Below, in pieces: positions 18,314-26,112 of a DNA stretch of 64,000 bases. Numbering within the stretch: position 1 is the first letter of the stretch; every line of letters begins with the position of its first letter. A program made the position numbers and the translations under genes. Below the pieces are notes generated by a model, which saw only the letters and a program-made list of their open reading frames with translations, had not been told where the DNA came from and did not search any database. The DNA is from Acidimicrobiales bacterium (GTDB lineage: Bacteria; Actinomycetota; Acidimicrobiia; Acidimicrobiales; Aldehydirespiratoraceae): positions 15,937 to 79,936 of the forward strand of contig JAKMFW010000015.1 in NCBI GenBank assembly GCA_022425325.1, written 5' to 3'.

Positions 18314-19120
18314 GTGCCGATGAGCGGACATCACCCGATCGTCGATGCGCTCGCCGCCCGCCCACCGTGGGAACCCGCCCCACTCACGCGAGCGTTGGCC
18401 CGCCTCAGCGGCACGATCCGCTCGGTGTCAGCGACCATCGACCCGACCGAACGGCGCTGGCATGAACTCGTCGCCCAAAGCCTCGCAACGGCCGAGGGTG
18501 ACCATCGTCCGCCACTGTGGGTCGTCCTGGGCGACTCGACGGCGCAGGGCATCGGAGCTTCGAGCATCGATCACGGCTGGGTTCCTCGCCTCCACGCGGC
18601 GCTGCATGACGCGGGGCGGCCCTATGCGATCGTCAACCTGAGCCGCAGCGGCGCTCACAGCACCCACGTGATCGATGAACAACTGCCGCTGCTCGATCAC
18701 CTGCCCTACGCCGCATCGATCGTGACCATCTGTGTCGGCGGTAACGACCTGGTTGCGAACCCGTACGCCCCCCGGCTCGCCCGTCGACTCGAGCGTCTGG
18801 CCGAAGCCGCTCCTCGCGGCTCGATCCTGTGCACGTTGCCGGCACCGTCGTTCAGTCCCACCGCCAGATACGTCAACCGAGCCGTTCGGCGAGCTGCCAC
18901 CGAACACGGACATCTCGTCGCCGAACTGGGGGCCCACCTGCTCCCACCCCACCGGGGGCTGTCGGCCGATCGCTACCACCCCAACGACCGTGGCTACGAC
19001 GCGTGGGTGCGAGCCTTCGCAGAGCCCATGGGCATCGACCCGGACCTGGTTCCGCAGCGCGGCACGCTCACTTCGGCGACGTCCGACCGCGAAGGGCGAG
19101 CAACGAGAGCGTCTGGGTGA
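18314..19120 (+). CDS. SGNH/GDSL-type hydrolase
   Basis: 268 aa. VVLGDSTAQG (block I GDS), GGND (block III) and a D..H-type C-terminal block (HPNDRGY). The start may be ATG 18320. The 3' end overlaps the convergent permease gene by 53 nt. Confidence 0.75.
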   Translation: MPMSGHHPIVDALAARPPWEPAPLTRALARLSGTIRSVSATIDPTERRWHELVAQSLATAEGDHRPPLWVVLGDSTAQGIGASSIDHGWVPRLHAALHDAGRPYAIVNLSRSGAHSTHVIDEQLPLLDHLPYAASIVTICVGGNDLVANPYAPRLARRLERLAEAAPRGSILCTLPAPSFSPTARYVNRAVRRAATEHGHLVAELGAHLLPPHRGLSADRYHPNDRGYDAWVRAFAEPMGIDPDLVPQRGTLTSATSDREGRATRASG

Positions 19121-19874
19121 ATGCTGCGAGGGCGAGGGTCGCGAGCAGCGCCTTGCCCAATTCGGCTGCGTCCCAGCCGATGAACAGCGAGCGAAGACCT
19201 CCGAGGACGTAGGTCACCGGGTTGTAGGTCGACACGGTCGACAGCCATCCGCTGAGGTTCTCGGCCGGAAGGTAGGCGGTGGTCAAGAAGGCGAACGGGA
19301 AGAAGATGATGAACGACGAGTTCACCGCTCCCGGGTTCCCTGTCTTGAGGGCAATCGCATACGGGATGCCGGTGTAGCCGAGACCCCACAGTGCACCGAT
19401 CAGGATGAATACGAGCACCCCGAGCGGGCCGGTGTCGAAGCGGGCACCCATGAAGAAGCCGAGGATCATCACCGGTACGCTCAGGGCGATCACCAGCACG
19501 AAGTCGGCCACCATGTGGCCGAGCAGCAGCGCCCGCCGCGAGACGGGGGTCGTCATCAAGCGATCGAAATAGCCGTTCTGGATGTCGAGCACCATTGCGC
19601 CGGCACGGGTCACACCGGTGACTGCGAACACGATGGCGACGGGCAGCTGGAACTCCTCGTAGGTGATGCCGAGATCAACGAACGCTGCGGCCTCTGACAA
19701 CGAGGCCACGTTGATCACGAGGAAGAACAGCGGGATGAACAAGGTGGGCCCGATGAACGCGATGTCGCGAGGGAGCTGGCGGATGGCGCGGCGGGCGATC
19801 GACACGGTGTCGTGGACAAATCCCGTCCGGCGCGGCCGGATCTCGGTGCGGGCCGTGGTGCCGGCGGCGGTCAT
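19068..19874 (-). CDS. ABC-2 type transporter permease
   Basis: 268 aa with about 6 hydrophobic segments. 4-nt overlap with the upstream ATPase gene. Confidence 0.8.
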   Translation of the reverse strand: MTAAGTTARTEIRPRRTGFVHDTVSIARRAIRQLPRDIAFIGPTLFIPLFFLVINVASLSEAAAFVDLGITYEEFQLPVAIVFAVTGVTRAGAMVLDIQNGYFDRLMTTPVSRRALLLGHMVADFVLVIALSVPVMILGFFMGARFDTGPLGVLVFILIGALWGLGYTGIPYAIALKTGNPGAVNSSFIIFFPFAFLTTAYLPAENLSGWLSTVSTYNPVTYVLGGLRSLFIGWDAAELGKALLATLALAAFTQTLSLLALRGRTSPK

Positions 19875-20845
19875 GTCGAACTCCCTTCGGCCGAGGATCC
19901 GGCATCGAGGTGCGTGCCGGTGACATCGAGGAAGACATCGTCGAGGGTCGGTGTGCGCAGGCTGAGCTCGCGCACCTTGATGCCAGCACTCCCGAGCGCG
20001 ATCGCCACCGGACTCAACGCCCGGCTGCCGTTCTCGGTGCCGACCCGGACCTCGTCCCCGAAGACGTCGACACCCTCGATGCCGGCGATGCCCTCCAGTA
20101 CCGCCTTGGCGGCGTCGGCGTCGCCGTCGACGACGACGGTGACGACGTCGGTTCCGATTGCTCGCTTGAGCTCGCCGGGAGTGCCCTCGGCGACGATCCG
20201 TCCCGCGTTGATGATGCCGACCCGGTCGGCAAGCTCATCGGCTTCCTCCAGGTACTGCGTGGTGAGAAACAAGGTGAGACCGAATTCGCGGTTGAGTCGA
20301 CGGACCTCTTCCCAGACGCGGAGTCGACTCGGGGGATCGAGTCCGGTGGTCGGTTCGTCGAGGAAGAGCACCGATGGGTTGTGCATCAACGCGGCGGCGA
20401 GGTCGAGTCGTCGAGCCATGCCGCCCGAATAGGACGAGACCAGTTGATCGAGCGCCCGCATTTCGAGGATCGGTGCCAGTTGCTCGATGCGGTCGGCGAT
20501 CTCGGCGCGGTTGAGACCGAACAGTCGCCCCTGGGTTGCGAGAATCTCCCGTCCGGTCATGTTCTCGTCGAGACCCGCCTCTTGGAGCGCAACGCCGATC
20601 GAGAACCGGACATCGTCGGCCTGGGCCACCACGTCGAGTCCGCCCACCCATGCGCTTCCCCCGGTGGGTTCGAGCAGGGTGGTGAGCATCCGGACCACCG
20701 TGGACTTCCCCGCGCCGTTGGGGCCGAGAAAGCCGTAGATCTCGCCGGGTCGGACGTCGAGATCGATGCCGTCGACCGCCGTGAAGTCGCCGAAGGTGCG
20801 GCGAAGGCCTTCGGTTTTCACGGCTGCAGCATGGGGGGTGCTCAT
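19871..20845 (-). CDS. ABC transporter ATP-binding protein (DrrA/daunorubicin-resistance type)
   Basis: ORF 19871..21271. Start moved to ATG 20845 (MSTPHAAAVKTEGLRRTFG...). Walker A GPNGAGKST, signature YSGGMARRL, Walker B LFLDEPTTGLD. The upstream 142 codons have no match. Confidence 0.88.
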   Translation of the reverse strand: MSTPHAAAVKTEGLRRTFGDFTAVDGIDLDVRPGEIYGFLGPNGAGKSTVVRMLTTLLEPTGGSAWVGGLDVVAQADDVRFSIGVALQEAGLDENMTGREILATQGRLFGLNRAEIADRIEQLAPILEMRALDQLVSSYSGGMARRLDLAAALMHNPSVLFLDEPTTGLDPPSRLRVWEEVRRLNREFGLTLFLTTQYLEEADELADRVGIINAGRIVAEGTPGELKRAIGTDVVTVVVDGDADAAKAVLEGIAGIEGVDVFGDEVRVGTENGSRALSPVAIALGSAGIKVRELSLRTPTLDDVFLDVTGTHLDAGSSAEGSST

Positions 20846-20953
20846 GGCCGCCAACCTAGCGGCGAAGGGAAACATGGCGTCCGGGAATCGTCGAGACGCC
20901 TGGCGGGTTGACGTCTCTACACTCGTCGTTTCCCCTCTGCTCTGGAGTGCGTC

Positions 20954-21232
20954 ATGTCCGGAACCACCATCAACGCCGTCCAGTTCTACTGGCGCCCCGG
21001 CTGCGGCTTCTGCGCTCGGCTCGACCGCGCGCTCGAGCACGCAGGCATCCCGATGGCGAAACACAACATCTGGGAGGACCCGGCCGACGCTGCGGTCGTG
21101 CGTTCCCTCGCCAACGGCAACGAGACGGTCCCGACCATCGTCATCGACGACATCGGCATGGTGAACCCGAGCGCCGACGAGGTCATCGCGGTGCTCTCGT
21201 CGAAGGCCCCGCACCTCGTTCCCGAGGGTTGA
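20954..21232 (+). CDS. glutaredoxin-like protein (mycoredoxin/NrdH type, CGFC active site)
   Basis: 92 aa. FYWRPGCGFCARL (CxxC), then TVPTIVI (cis-Pro region). GGAG Shine-Dalgarno sequence upstream. Confidence 0.75.
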   Translation: MSGTTINAVQFYWRPGCGFCARLDRALEHAGIPMAKHNIWEDPADAAVVRSLANGNETVPTIVIDDIGMVNPSADEVIAVLSSKAPHLVPEG

Positions 21233-21316
21233 GAGCCCCCGCAACCGAGTCGGCTCGAGCAGGTGGCCCACCGGCTCCTCCGTGACTGATCGCCGGCACG
21301 AAGCCGACGGCGGCCC

Positions 21317-22315
21317 CTACTCGAGGAAACCACCGCACTCCGGCCACGGCTGCGGGCCGCGCCGGGCATACAGCTCGCGGGCGCGGGCATCCTGTTCTTC
21401 CGGTGGCGCCGCGGCCGGGTCGCCGGTGCCACCGACGGTCTGCCAGGTCGGGTAGTCGAACTGGTAGGCGCCTCGGTACTTGCCGCTCGGCGAGATCGCC
21501 TCGTAGTTGTGGGTCGACTCGCAGAAGCGAAGTTGTTCCCACTTGTCATTCGGCGCGATGCCCCAGGCACCTTCCGCAATGGCGATGGCCGCTCGATCCC
21601 ACGCCTCGGCGAGCGGCATGATCTCGTCGACTGCGTCGTCGCGGTCGTCAAGGAGTGCCAACTCGGTTTCGAGCACGGTGATCTCGATACGGAGCGCCTC
21701 GGCGAGAGCGATGCTCTCGAGCACCTCGCTGTCAGCCTGCTCTCGCAACGAGCGAAGCCGATCCACAGCCACCCGTGACGAGCCCGCATGGGAGCGCACC
21801 AGATACTGGCGCCACGAGAAATCGCTCGCGTTCTGAACCGCCGCAAGGTACTCCAGCGTGCCGACCTCACCGCCGGTGATGAAGGCCTCGACCGCGAGCC
21901 GACGCAGGTTCGTCGTGGTGGCCTCGATCTCCGCAGCCAGCCGACGCTGAGTGTCGTCGAGTTCGTCTCGACGGAACATCACCTCGAACAAGTCGCCTTC
22001 GGCGGACGCCCGCTCGGCGAGTGCCTCCGCTCGCAACTCGGCGACCTCGGCCTGCTCGGCTCGCAGATCGTCGCCGGTGGGCATGTCGCCGCGAAGATCG
22101 TCGACGGACTGGGCAGAGGCACCGAGTGCGTGCGTGGCCGCCACGACGGCGAGCACAGCGAGCACAGCGAGCAAACGCCGCAGTCGGGCCAGTCCCGACG
22201 GCAGGGCGAGATCTTCCGGACGCGCCTCGCCGGCCGCTGCGCCGGATCGCGTGTCCGCTGCTGGGGTGGTGAATCCGGTCATCTGCGTTCGGGAAACCGA
22301 TGGCGGGTGGCGCAT
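21317..22315 (-). CDS. secreted Rpf-like transglycosylase with N-terminal coiled-coil region
   Basis: The C-terminus WEQLRFCESTHNYEAISPSGKYRGAYQFDYPTWQTVGG fits the Rpf/transglycosylase-like pattern (CES...Y.G..QF...TW). Signal/TM segment LLAVLAVLAVVAATHALGASA. The middle is heptad-rich. ATG 22282 is an alternative start. Confidence 0.75.
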   Translation of the reverse strand: MRHPPSVSRTQMTGFTTPAADTRSGAAAGEARPEDLALPSGLARLRRLLAVLAVLAVVAATHALGASAQSVDDLRGDMPTGDDLRAEQAEVAELRAEALAERASAEGDLFEVMFRRDELDDTQRRLAAEIEATTTNLRRLAVEAFITGGEVGTLEYLAAVQNASDFSWRQYLVRSHAGSSRVAVDRLRSLREQADSEVLESIALAEALRIEITVLETELALLDDRDDAVDEIMPLAEAWDRAAIAIAEGAWGIAPNDKWEQLRFCESTHNYEAISPSGKYRGAYQFDYPTWQTVGGTGDPAAAPPEEQDARARELYARRGPQPWPECGGFLE

Positions 22316-22409
22316 GCGGCTGCCGACACGAACGCGCCAGACGATCCTCCACCCGTCGGTCGGGCAATCTAGCCAGGCGCCGAACGATTCAAAAGGCGAG
22401 CGACGGACC

Positions 22410-22415
22410 TACAGT
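22410..22415 (+). promoter_or_regulatory. candidate -10 box TACAGT, 6 nt before the hemH ATG (leaderless transcript)
   Basis: TANNNT hexamer, then a 6-nt gap to ATG 22422. No Shine-Dalgarno sequence. TTCAAA lies about 16 nt upstream. Confidence 0.35.
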
Positions 22416-22421
22416 CCGAGC

Positions 22422-23507
22422 ATGGCCGATCTCCCCTACGACGCCATCCTCCTCGTGAGCTTCGGCGGACCCGAAGGACCAGACGACGTGATCCCCTTCC
22501 TGGAGAACGTCACCCGCGGTCGTGGCATCCCACGCGAACGGCTCGCCCAGGTCGGTGAGCACTACGCCCACTTCGGTGGGGTGAGCCCCATCAACGAGCA
22601 GTGCCGACGTCAACGAGTCGCCCTCGAACGCGCCCTCGCGGACGCAGGCATGGACCTCCCCGTCTACTGGGGCAATCGCAACTGGGATCCCTATCTCAGC
22701 GACGAGATCGAACGGATGGCCGAGGACGGTGTGACCCGTGCGCTCGCCGTCTTCACGTCCGCCTACTCGTCCTACTCGGGCTGTCGTCAATACCGCGAGA
22801 ACATCATCGCTGCGCGCGACGAGGTTGCGGAGCGTCGACCCGATCTGACCATCCCGCACATCGACAAGGTTCGGGCCTACTACGACCATCCGGGCTTCAT
22901 CGAGCCATTCGCCGAGGCGACCCGCACCGCCGTCGACGAACTCGGTGAGGACGCTCGACCGACGCTGGTGTTCACCGCCCACTCGATCCCGATGTCGATG
23001 GCGTCGGCCTCCGACTACGAGGCGCAACTCGCCGAAGCCGCCCGCCTCGTCGCCGATCGGGTCGCTGATCCGGCCCCGCCGCACACCCTCGTGTGGCAGA
23101 GCCGGTCGGGTCCACCCCAGATCCCCTGGCTCGAACCTGACGTGAACGACGAAATCCGGCGGCTCGCCGGCACCGGGGTCGAGTCGGTCGTGATCGTGCC
23201 GGTCGGGTTCGTCAGCGACCACATCGAGGTGATGTGGGACCTCGATGCAGAGGCGGCGGCCACCGCTGCCGACGCGGGAATCTCGTTCGCTCGCGCCGTG
23301 GCACCCGGAACCGAACCCGTCGATGCCTTCGTTGCGATGTGGGTCGATCTCGTGCGTGAACGCATCGAAGCCGAGCGAGGCGGCTCACCGACCCGAGCGG
23401 CGCTCGGAACGCTCGAGGTACGCCCCGACGTCTGCCGCGTCGACTGTTGCCCTGCCCCGCAGCGGCCAGCAGGCCGGCCCGGTGGACCTCCCGGCCGACC
23501 GACCTGA
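22422..23507 (+). CDS. hemH: ferrochelatase (actinobacterial/coproporphyrin type with C-terminal Cys cluster)
   Basis: ORF 21951..23507. Start moved to ATG 22422 (MADLPYDAILLVSFGGPEGPDDVIPFLENV). FTAHSIP and VGFVSDHIEV blocks. The C-terminal CRVDCC is consistent with a [2Fe-2S] site. Confidence 0.9.
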   Translation: MADLPYDAILLVSFGGPEGPDDVIPFLENVTRGRGIPRERLAQVGEHYAHFGGVSPINEQCRRQRVALERALADAGMDLPVYWGNRNWDPYLSDEIERMAEDGVTRALAVFTSAYSSYSGCRQYRENIIAARDEVAERRPDLTIPHIDKVRAYYDHPGFIEPFAEATRTAVDELGEDARPTLVFTAHSIPMSMASASDYEAQLAEAARLVADRVADPAPPHTLVWQSRSGPPQIPWLEPDVNDEIRRLAGTGVESVVIVPVGFVSDHIEVMWDLDAEAAATAADAGISFARAVAPGTEPVDAFVAMWVDLVRERIEAERGGSPTRAALGTLEVRPDVCRVDCCPAPQRPAGRPGGPPGRPT

Positions 23508-23508
23508 T

Positions 23509-23592
23509 CGCGCGCGTCGCGAAGAAAAGCGCGCGCTTCGCGAAAGAAGCCGCGCGCTTCGCGCGATAAATCGCGCGCTTCGCGCGAGAATC
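23509..23592. repeat. 4 x 21-bp direct tandem repeat, consensus CGCGCGCTTCGCG(M)(R)A(K)AA(R)N
   Basis: Units at 23509-29, 23530-50, 23551-71 and 23572-92. The first 13 nt are at least 12/13 identical. Each unit holds a CGCGCG-CTT-CGCG(CG) dyad followed by an A-rich tail. The array starts 2 nt after the hemH stop. Confidence 0.9.
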
Positions 23593-23718
23593 CACCACCC
23601 CTCGCACAGCATTTCGTACCATCGGGTCCACGCCACGGGCGGGCGTTTCCGATGGATGCTTCGGCACCACGGTGGTCCTCCCCGGCGTGATCCACGAAGC
23701 TCGGGGAGGGGCGACGAG

Positions 23719-24027
23719 GTGAACCACGCGAGGATCGCTGCCGAAGCACTGCGCTACCGGCTCGACCTCGTGCGCGGTCCCCTCGTGAACATCACCGACT
23801 GGGACATCGAGACCATGGCCGGCATGAGCGTCGCCGCAGCAGACCCCAACGTCGATGGGGCCATCCGCCGCATCGCCACGGCATGGGTTCGGGCCGGACT
23901 CCCCGAAGAAGGGCTCTGCAAGCCGTGGGCATGCCCGGAGGCCCGGGCGCTGTTCGAGGCAAACCCCCCTCTTGTCGACGCGCTCGACGACATCGTGCGG
24001 GTCGCCACACGCTCCCAGGCCGCCTGA
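23719..24027 (+). CDS. hypothetical protein (102 aa)
   Basis: 3' part of ORF 23245..24027. GTG 23719 is preceded by a GGGGAGGGG Shine-Dalgarno sequence, and third-position GC rises after it. ATG 23656 is an alternative start. No family recognised. Contains CKPWAC. Confidence 0.45.
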   Translation: MNHARIAAEALRYRLDLVRGPLVNITDWDIETMAGMSVAAADPNVDGAIRRIATAWVRAGLPEEGLCKPWACPEARALFEANPPLVDALDDIVRVATRSQAA

Positions 24028-24081
24028 GGCACGACGGTCGCCTGCGCGCGGCCTCCACATGCACGACGGCCGGCCGCTACC

Positions 24082-24897
24082 GTGGCCGCCGTGCCAGTCG
24101 TTGCGGTCGTCAATCAAAAGGGTGGGGTCGGCAAGACCACGATCGCGCTCGGACTCGCGGCCAGCGCCTGGTCACGCGGTGTCGACACCCTCGTGATCGA
24201 CCTCGACCCGCAGGGCAACGCCACCACCGGGCTGGGGGTCTGGGAACCGCCGTTCTCGGTCGACCACGCCCTCGCCGAGGAGCGGGCGGGTTCGATCGCC
24301 GGACTCCGGCTGACCAGCGGTTGGCCCACCGAGCCCGGTTCCGTCCGACCACCGTCGGTTGTCGCCGCCACACCGGCACTCGCCTTGCGCGAATCCCAGC
24401 TCCTCATGGATCCGATCGGTGCGAACGACCGCTTGGCGGTGGCCCTCGAAGGGGTGTCACACGAGTTGGTCATCATCGACTGTCCGCCCTCGCTAGGACT
24501 TCTCACCGTCAACGGCCTCTTTGCCGCCGACCGGGCACTCATCGTCACCGAACCGAGTGCGTGGTCCTCCGACGGTGTCGGCCAGATCACGCGCACGGTC
24601 GACCGCATCGCTGCCCGGCGAGGCACCGACGGGCTCCGACTCGCCGGCATCGCCGTCAACCGACTCGGCCGAACACGCGACGCCAAGTACTGGGACCAGC
24701 AACTGCGCGACGAGCACGGTGACCTCGTGCTGCCGCCGGTACATCTTCGTGCTGCGATTCCCGAGGCATCGGCGGCGTCGCTGCCGATCCATGCGCTGGC
24801 ACCGCGGCCCGGCGCCGCCGAGGCGGCAGCCGAGATCGACACCCTGTTCGAGGCGGTCGTGCCCGATCTCGCCGATCGTCGAACCGATCTACACTGA
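24082..24897 (+). CDS. ParA/Soj-family (deviant Walker A) ATPase, orphan
   Basis: 271 aa. VAVVNQKGGVGKTTIALGLA (KGGxGK[ST]), DLDPQGNAT, IIDCPPSLG. No ParB gene adjacent. GTG 24082 or 24091. Confidence 0.88.
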   Translation: MAAVPVVAVVNQKGGVGKTTIALGLAASAWSRGVDTLVIDLDPQGNATTGLGVWEPPFSVDHALAEERAGSIAGLRLTSGWPTEPGSVRPPSVVAATPALALRESQLLMDPIGANDRLAVALEGVSHELVIIDCPPSLGLLTVNGLFAADRALIVTEPSAWSSDGVGQITRTVDRIAARRGTDGLRLAGIAVNRLGRTRDAKYWDQQLRDEHGDLVLPPVHLRAAIPEASAASLPIHALAPRPGAAEAAAEIDTLFEAVVPDLADRRTDLH

Positions 24898-24904
24898 TCA
24901 CGCC

Positions 24905-25186
24905 ATGGCCTACGACCCCCAGGCGAACCGACGCCGACCCAAGCCCACCGAGAAGGATCCGGCTCCCGTCGATGCCCTGCTTGGTGACGAATCGACGGGG
25001 CCTGCGGTCTCGCCGACCGTCGAGGACCCCCCACCGGGACCTGGCGTCACGCCGACACCGGCTGATCCCGTTCCGGACTCGTGGGTGCTCAGCACGAGTA
25101 TGGGGGCAGCGGTCGGGGCGATCATCGGCGCGGTGACGCTGCGATGGCTGTGGAAGCGCCACCGTCGCTCGAGCGTCACCGAGTGA
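24905..25186 (+). CDS. small tail-anchored membrane protein (93 aa), unknown function
   Basis: Internal ATG of ORF 24521..25186, 7 nt after the ParA stop. High third-position GC. Basic N-terminus (ANRRRPKPTEK), Pro-rich linker, C-terminal TM helix VLSTSMGAAVGAIIGAVTLRWLW followed by KRHRR. Confidence 0.5.
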   Translation: MAYDPQANRRRPKPTEKDPAPVDALLGDESTGPAVSPTVEDPPPGPGVTPTPADPVPDSWVLSTSMGAAVGAIIGAVTLRWLWKRHRRSSVTE

Positions 25187-26053
25187 TCAGCTGACCATCC
25201 ATTCGTCGCCGCCACGCATCGCGGCGGCGTCGGCGTCCTTTTTGGCCTGCCGCTTCGCGACCTCCTTGGTGCCTTCGGGGCACCGGTCGACGTAGGGGCA
25301 CCAGCCACACAATGGACCCGTTCGGGGTTCGAACTTGTCGGTATCGCACGCCGTGTTGATCGCCGCCCAGGTGCCGGCGAGCTTGTCGACAACACTGTCG
25401 ATCTCTTCGCGGGTGACCTTGATGCCGACAGGCCGCTGACCGAGGTACAACAGCCGGGCGTGCACCGGCATCTCCCCCGTCGCCTGCTCGACCGCAGCGG
25501 CATAGAGCAGCACCTGATCGAGGCGCCCACGACGGAACCGGGCCGACGGGGCCTTCCCGGACTTGTAGTCGGTGACGACCAGCCCGTCGCCCTCGTCATC
25601 GAGGCGATCGACAATGCCGCGGAACGGCACACCGCCCAGGTCGGCCTCGACGTCGTGCTCCGTGGCCCGAACGTCGACGGCTTTCGGATCCTCGAGCGCC
25701 CAGAGCCCCTCGATGGCCTGCCAGGCTTTCCACCGGAAGTGCTTGCCGCCGGCCTCGTCGAAGCCGAGGGCCCGGAAATCAGGGTCGGCCTCAACGCCAG
25801 GCCACTCGGCGCGAGCGATGGCCTTGGCCACCTCCACCGTGCGCTCATGCGGGTCGCGCTGCATGAGCAACTCGAGCACACGATGGGCGAACGAACCCGC
25901 AAGCGCCGCCTCCCCCGGCGGATCCGGAAGGCGCTCGACATAGCGCATACGCCAACGGCGAGGACATTGCTCGAACGTGCCAGCGCCCGACGGCGACAAG
26001 CGCCGTGGCGGCGTCGGTACCGCCCGCTTGGAACTGTCGCTCACCGGGTCCAT
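25187..26053 (-). CDS. PD-(D/E)XK nuclease, RecB/Cas4-like with 4-Cys cluster
   Basis: 288 aa. IVDRLDDEGDGLVVTDYKSGK (D...D/ExK), QVLLYA (QxxxY), and one N-terminal Cys (FEQCP) plus CGWCPYVDRC, the Cas4/AddB-type Fe-S arrangement. Confidence 0.8.
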   Translation of the reverse strand: MDPVSDSSKRAVPTPPRRLSPSGAGTFEQCPRRWRMRYVERLPDPPGEAALAGSFAHRVLELLMQRDPHERTVEVAKAIARAEWPGVEADPDFRALGFDEAGGKHFRWKAWQAIEGLWALEDPKAVDVRATEHDVEADLGGVPFRGIVDRLDDEGDGLVVTDYKSGKAPSARFRRGRLDQVLLYAAAVEQATGEMPVHARLLYLGQRPVGIKVTREEIDSVVDKLAGTWAAINTACDTDKFEPRTGPLCGWCPYVDRCPEGTKEVAKRQAKKDADAAAMRGGDEWMVS

Positions 26054-26112
26054 GTCGTCGTTCTACCCCACTGGTGTGACACGGGCACGCTTCCCCACCT
26101 AGCTTCTGCGCC

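Noticed and set aside
19068-19120. The 53-nt overlap between the convergent 3' ends of the SGNH hydrolase and the ABC-2 permease, considered as a possible regulatory antisense arrangement.
   Set aside because: It is most simply explained by a non-conserved, low-complexity C-terminal tail on the SGNH ORF running to the first available stop in GC-rich sequence. There is no supporting structure.
23509-23592. The 21-bp repeat array read either as a CRISPR array or as coding sequence for a heptad-repeat peptide (its translations read REAR.../RALR... in several frames).
   Set aside because: Against CRISPR: the units are directly abutting with no spacers, and there are only 4 copies. Against coding: in every frame the repeats use codons that are rare in this GC-rich context (AGA, ATA, AAT, CTT, AAA), and there is no plausible start between the hemH stop and the array.
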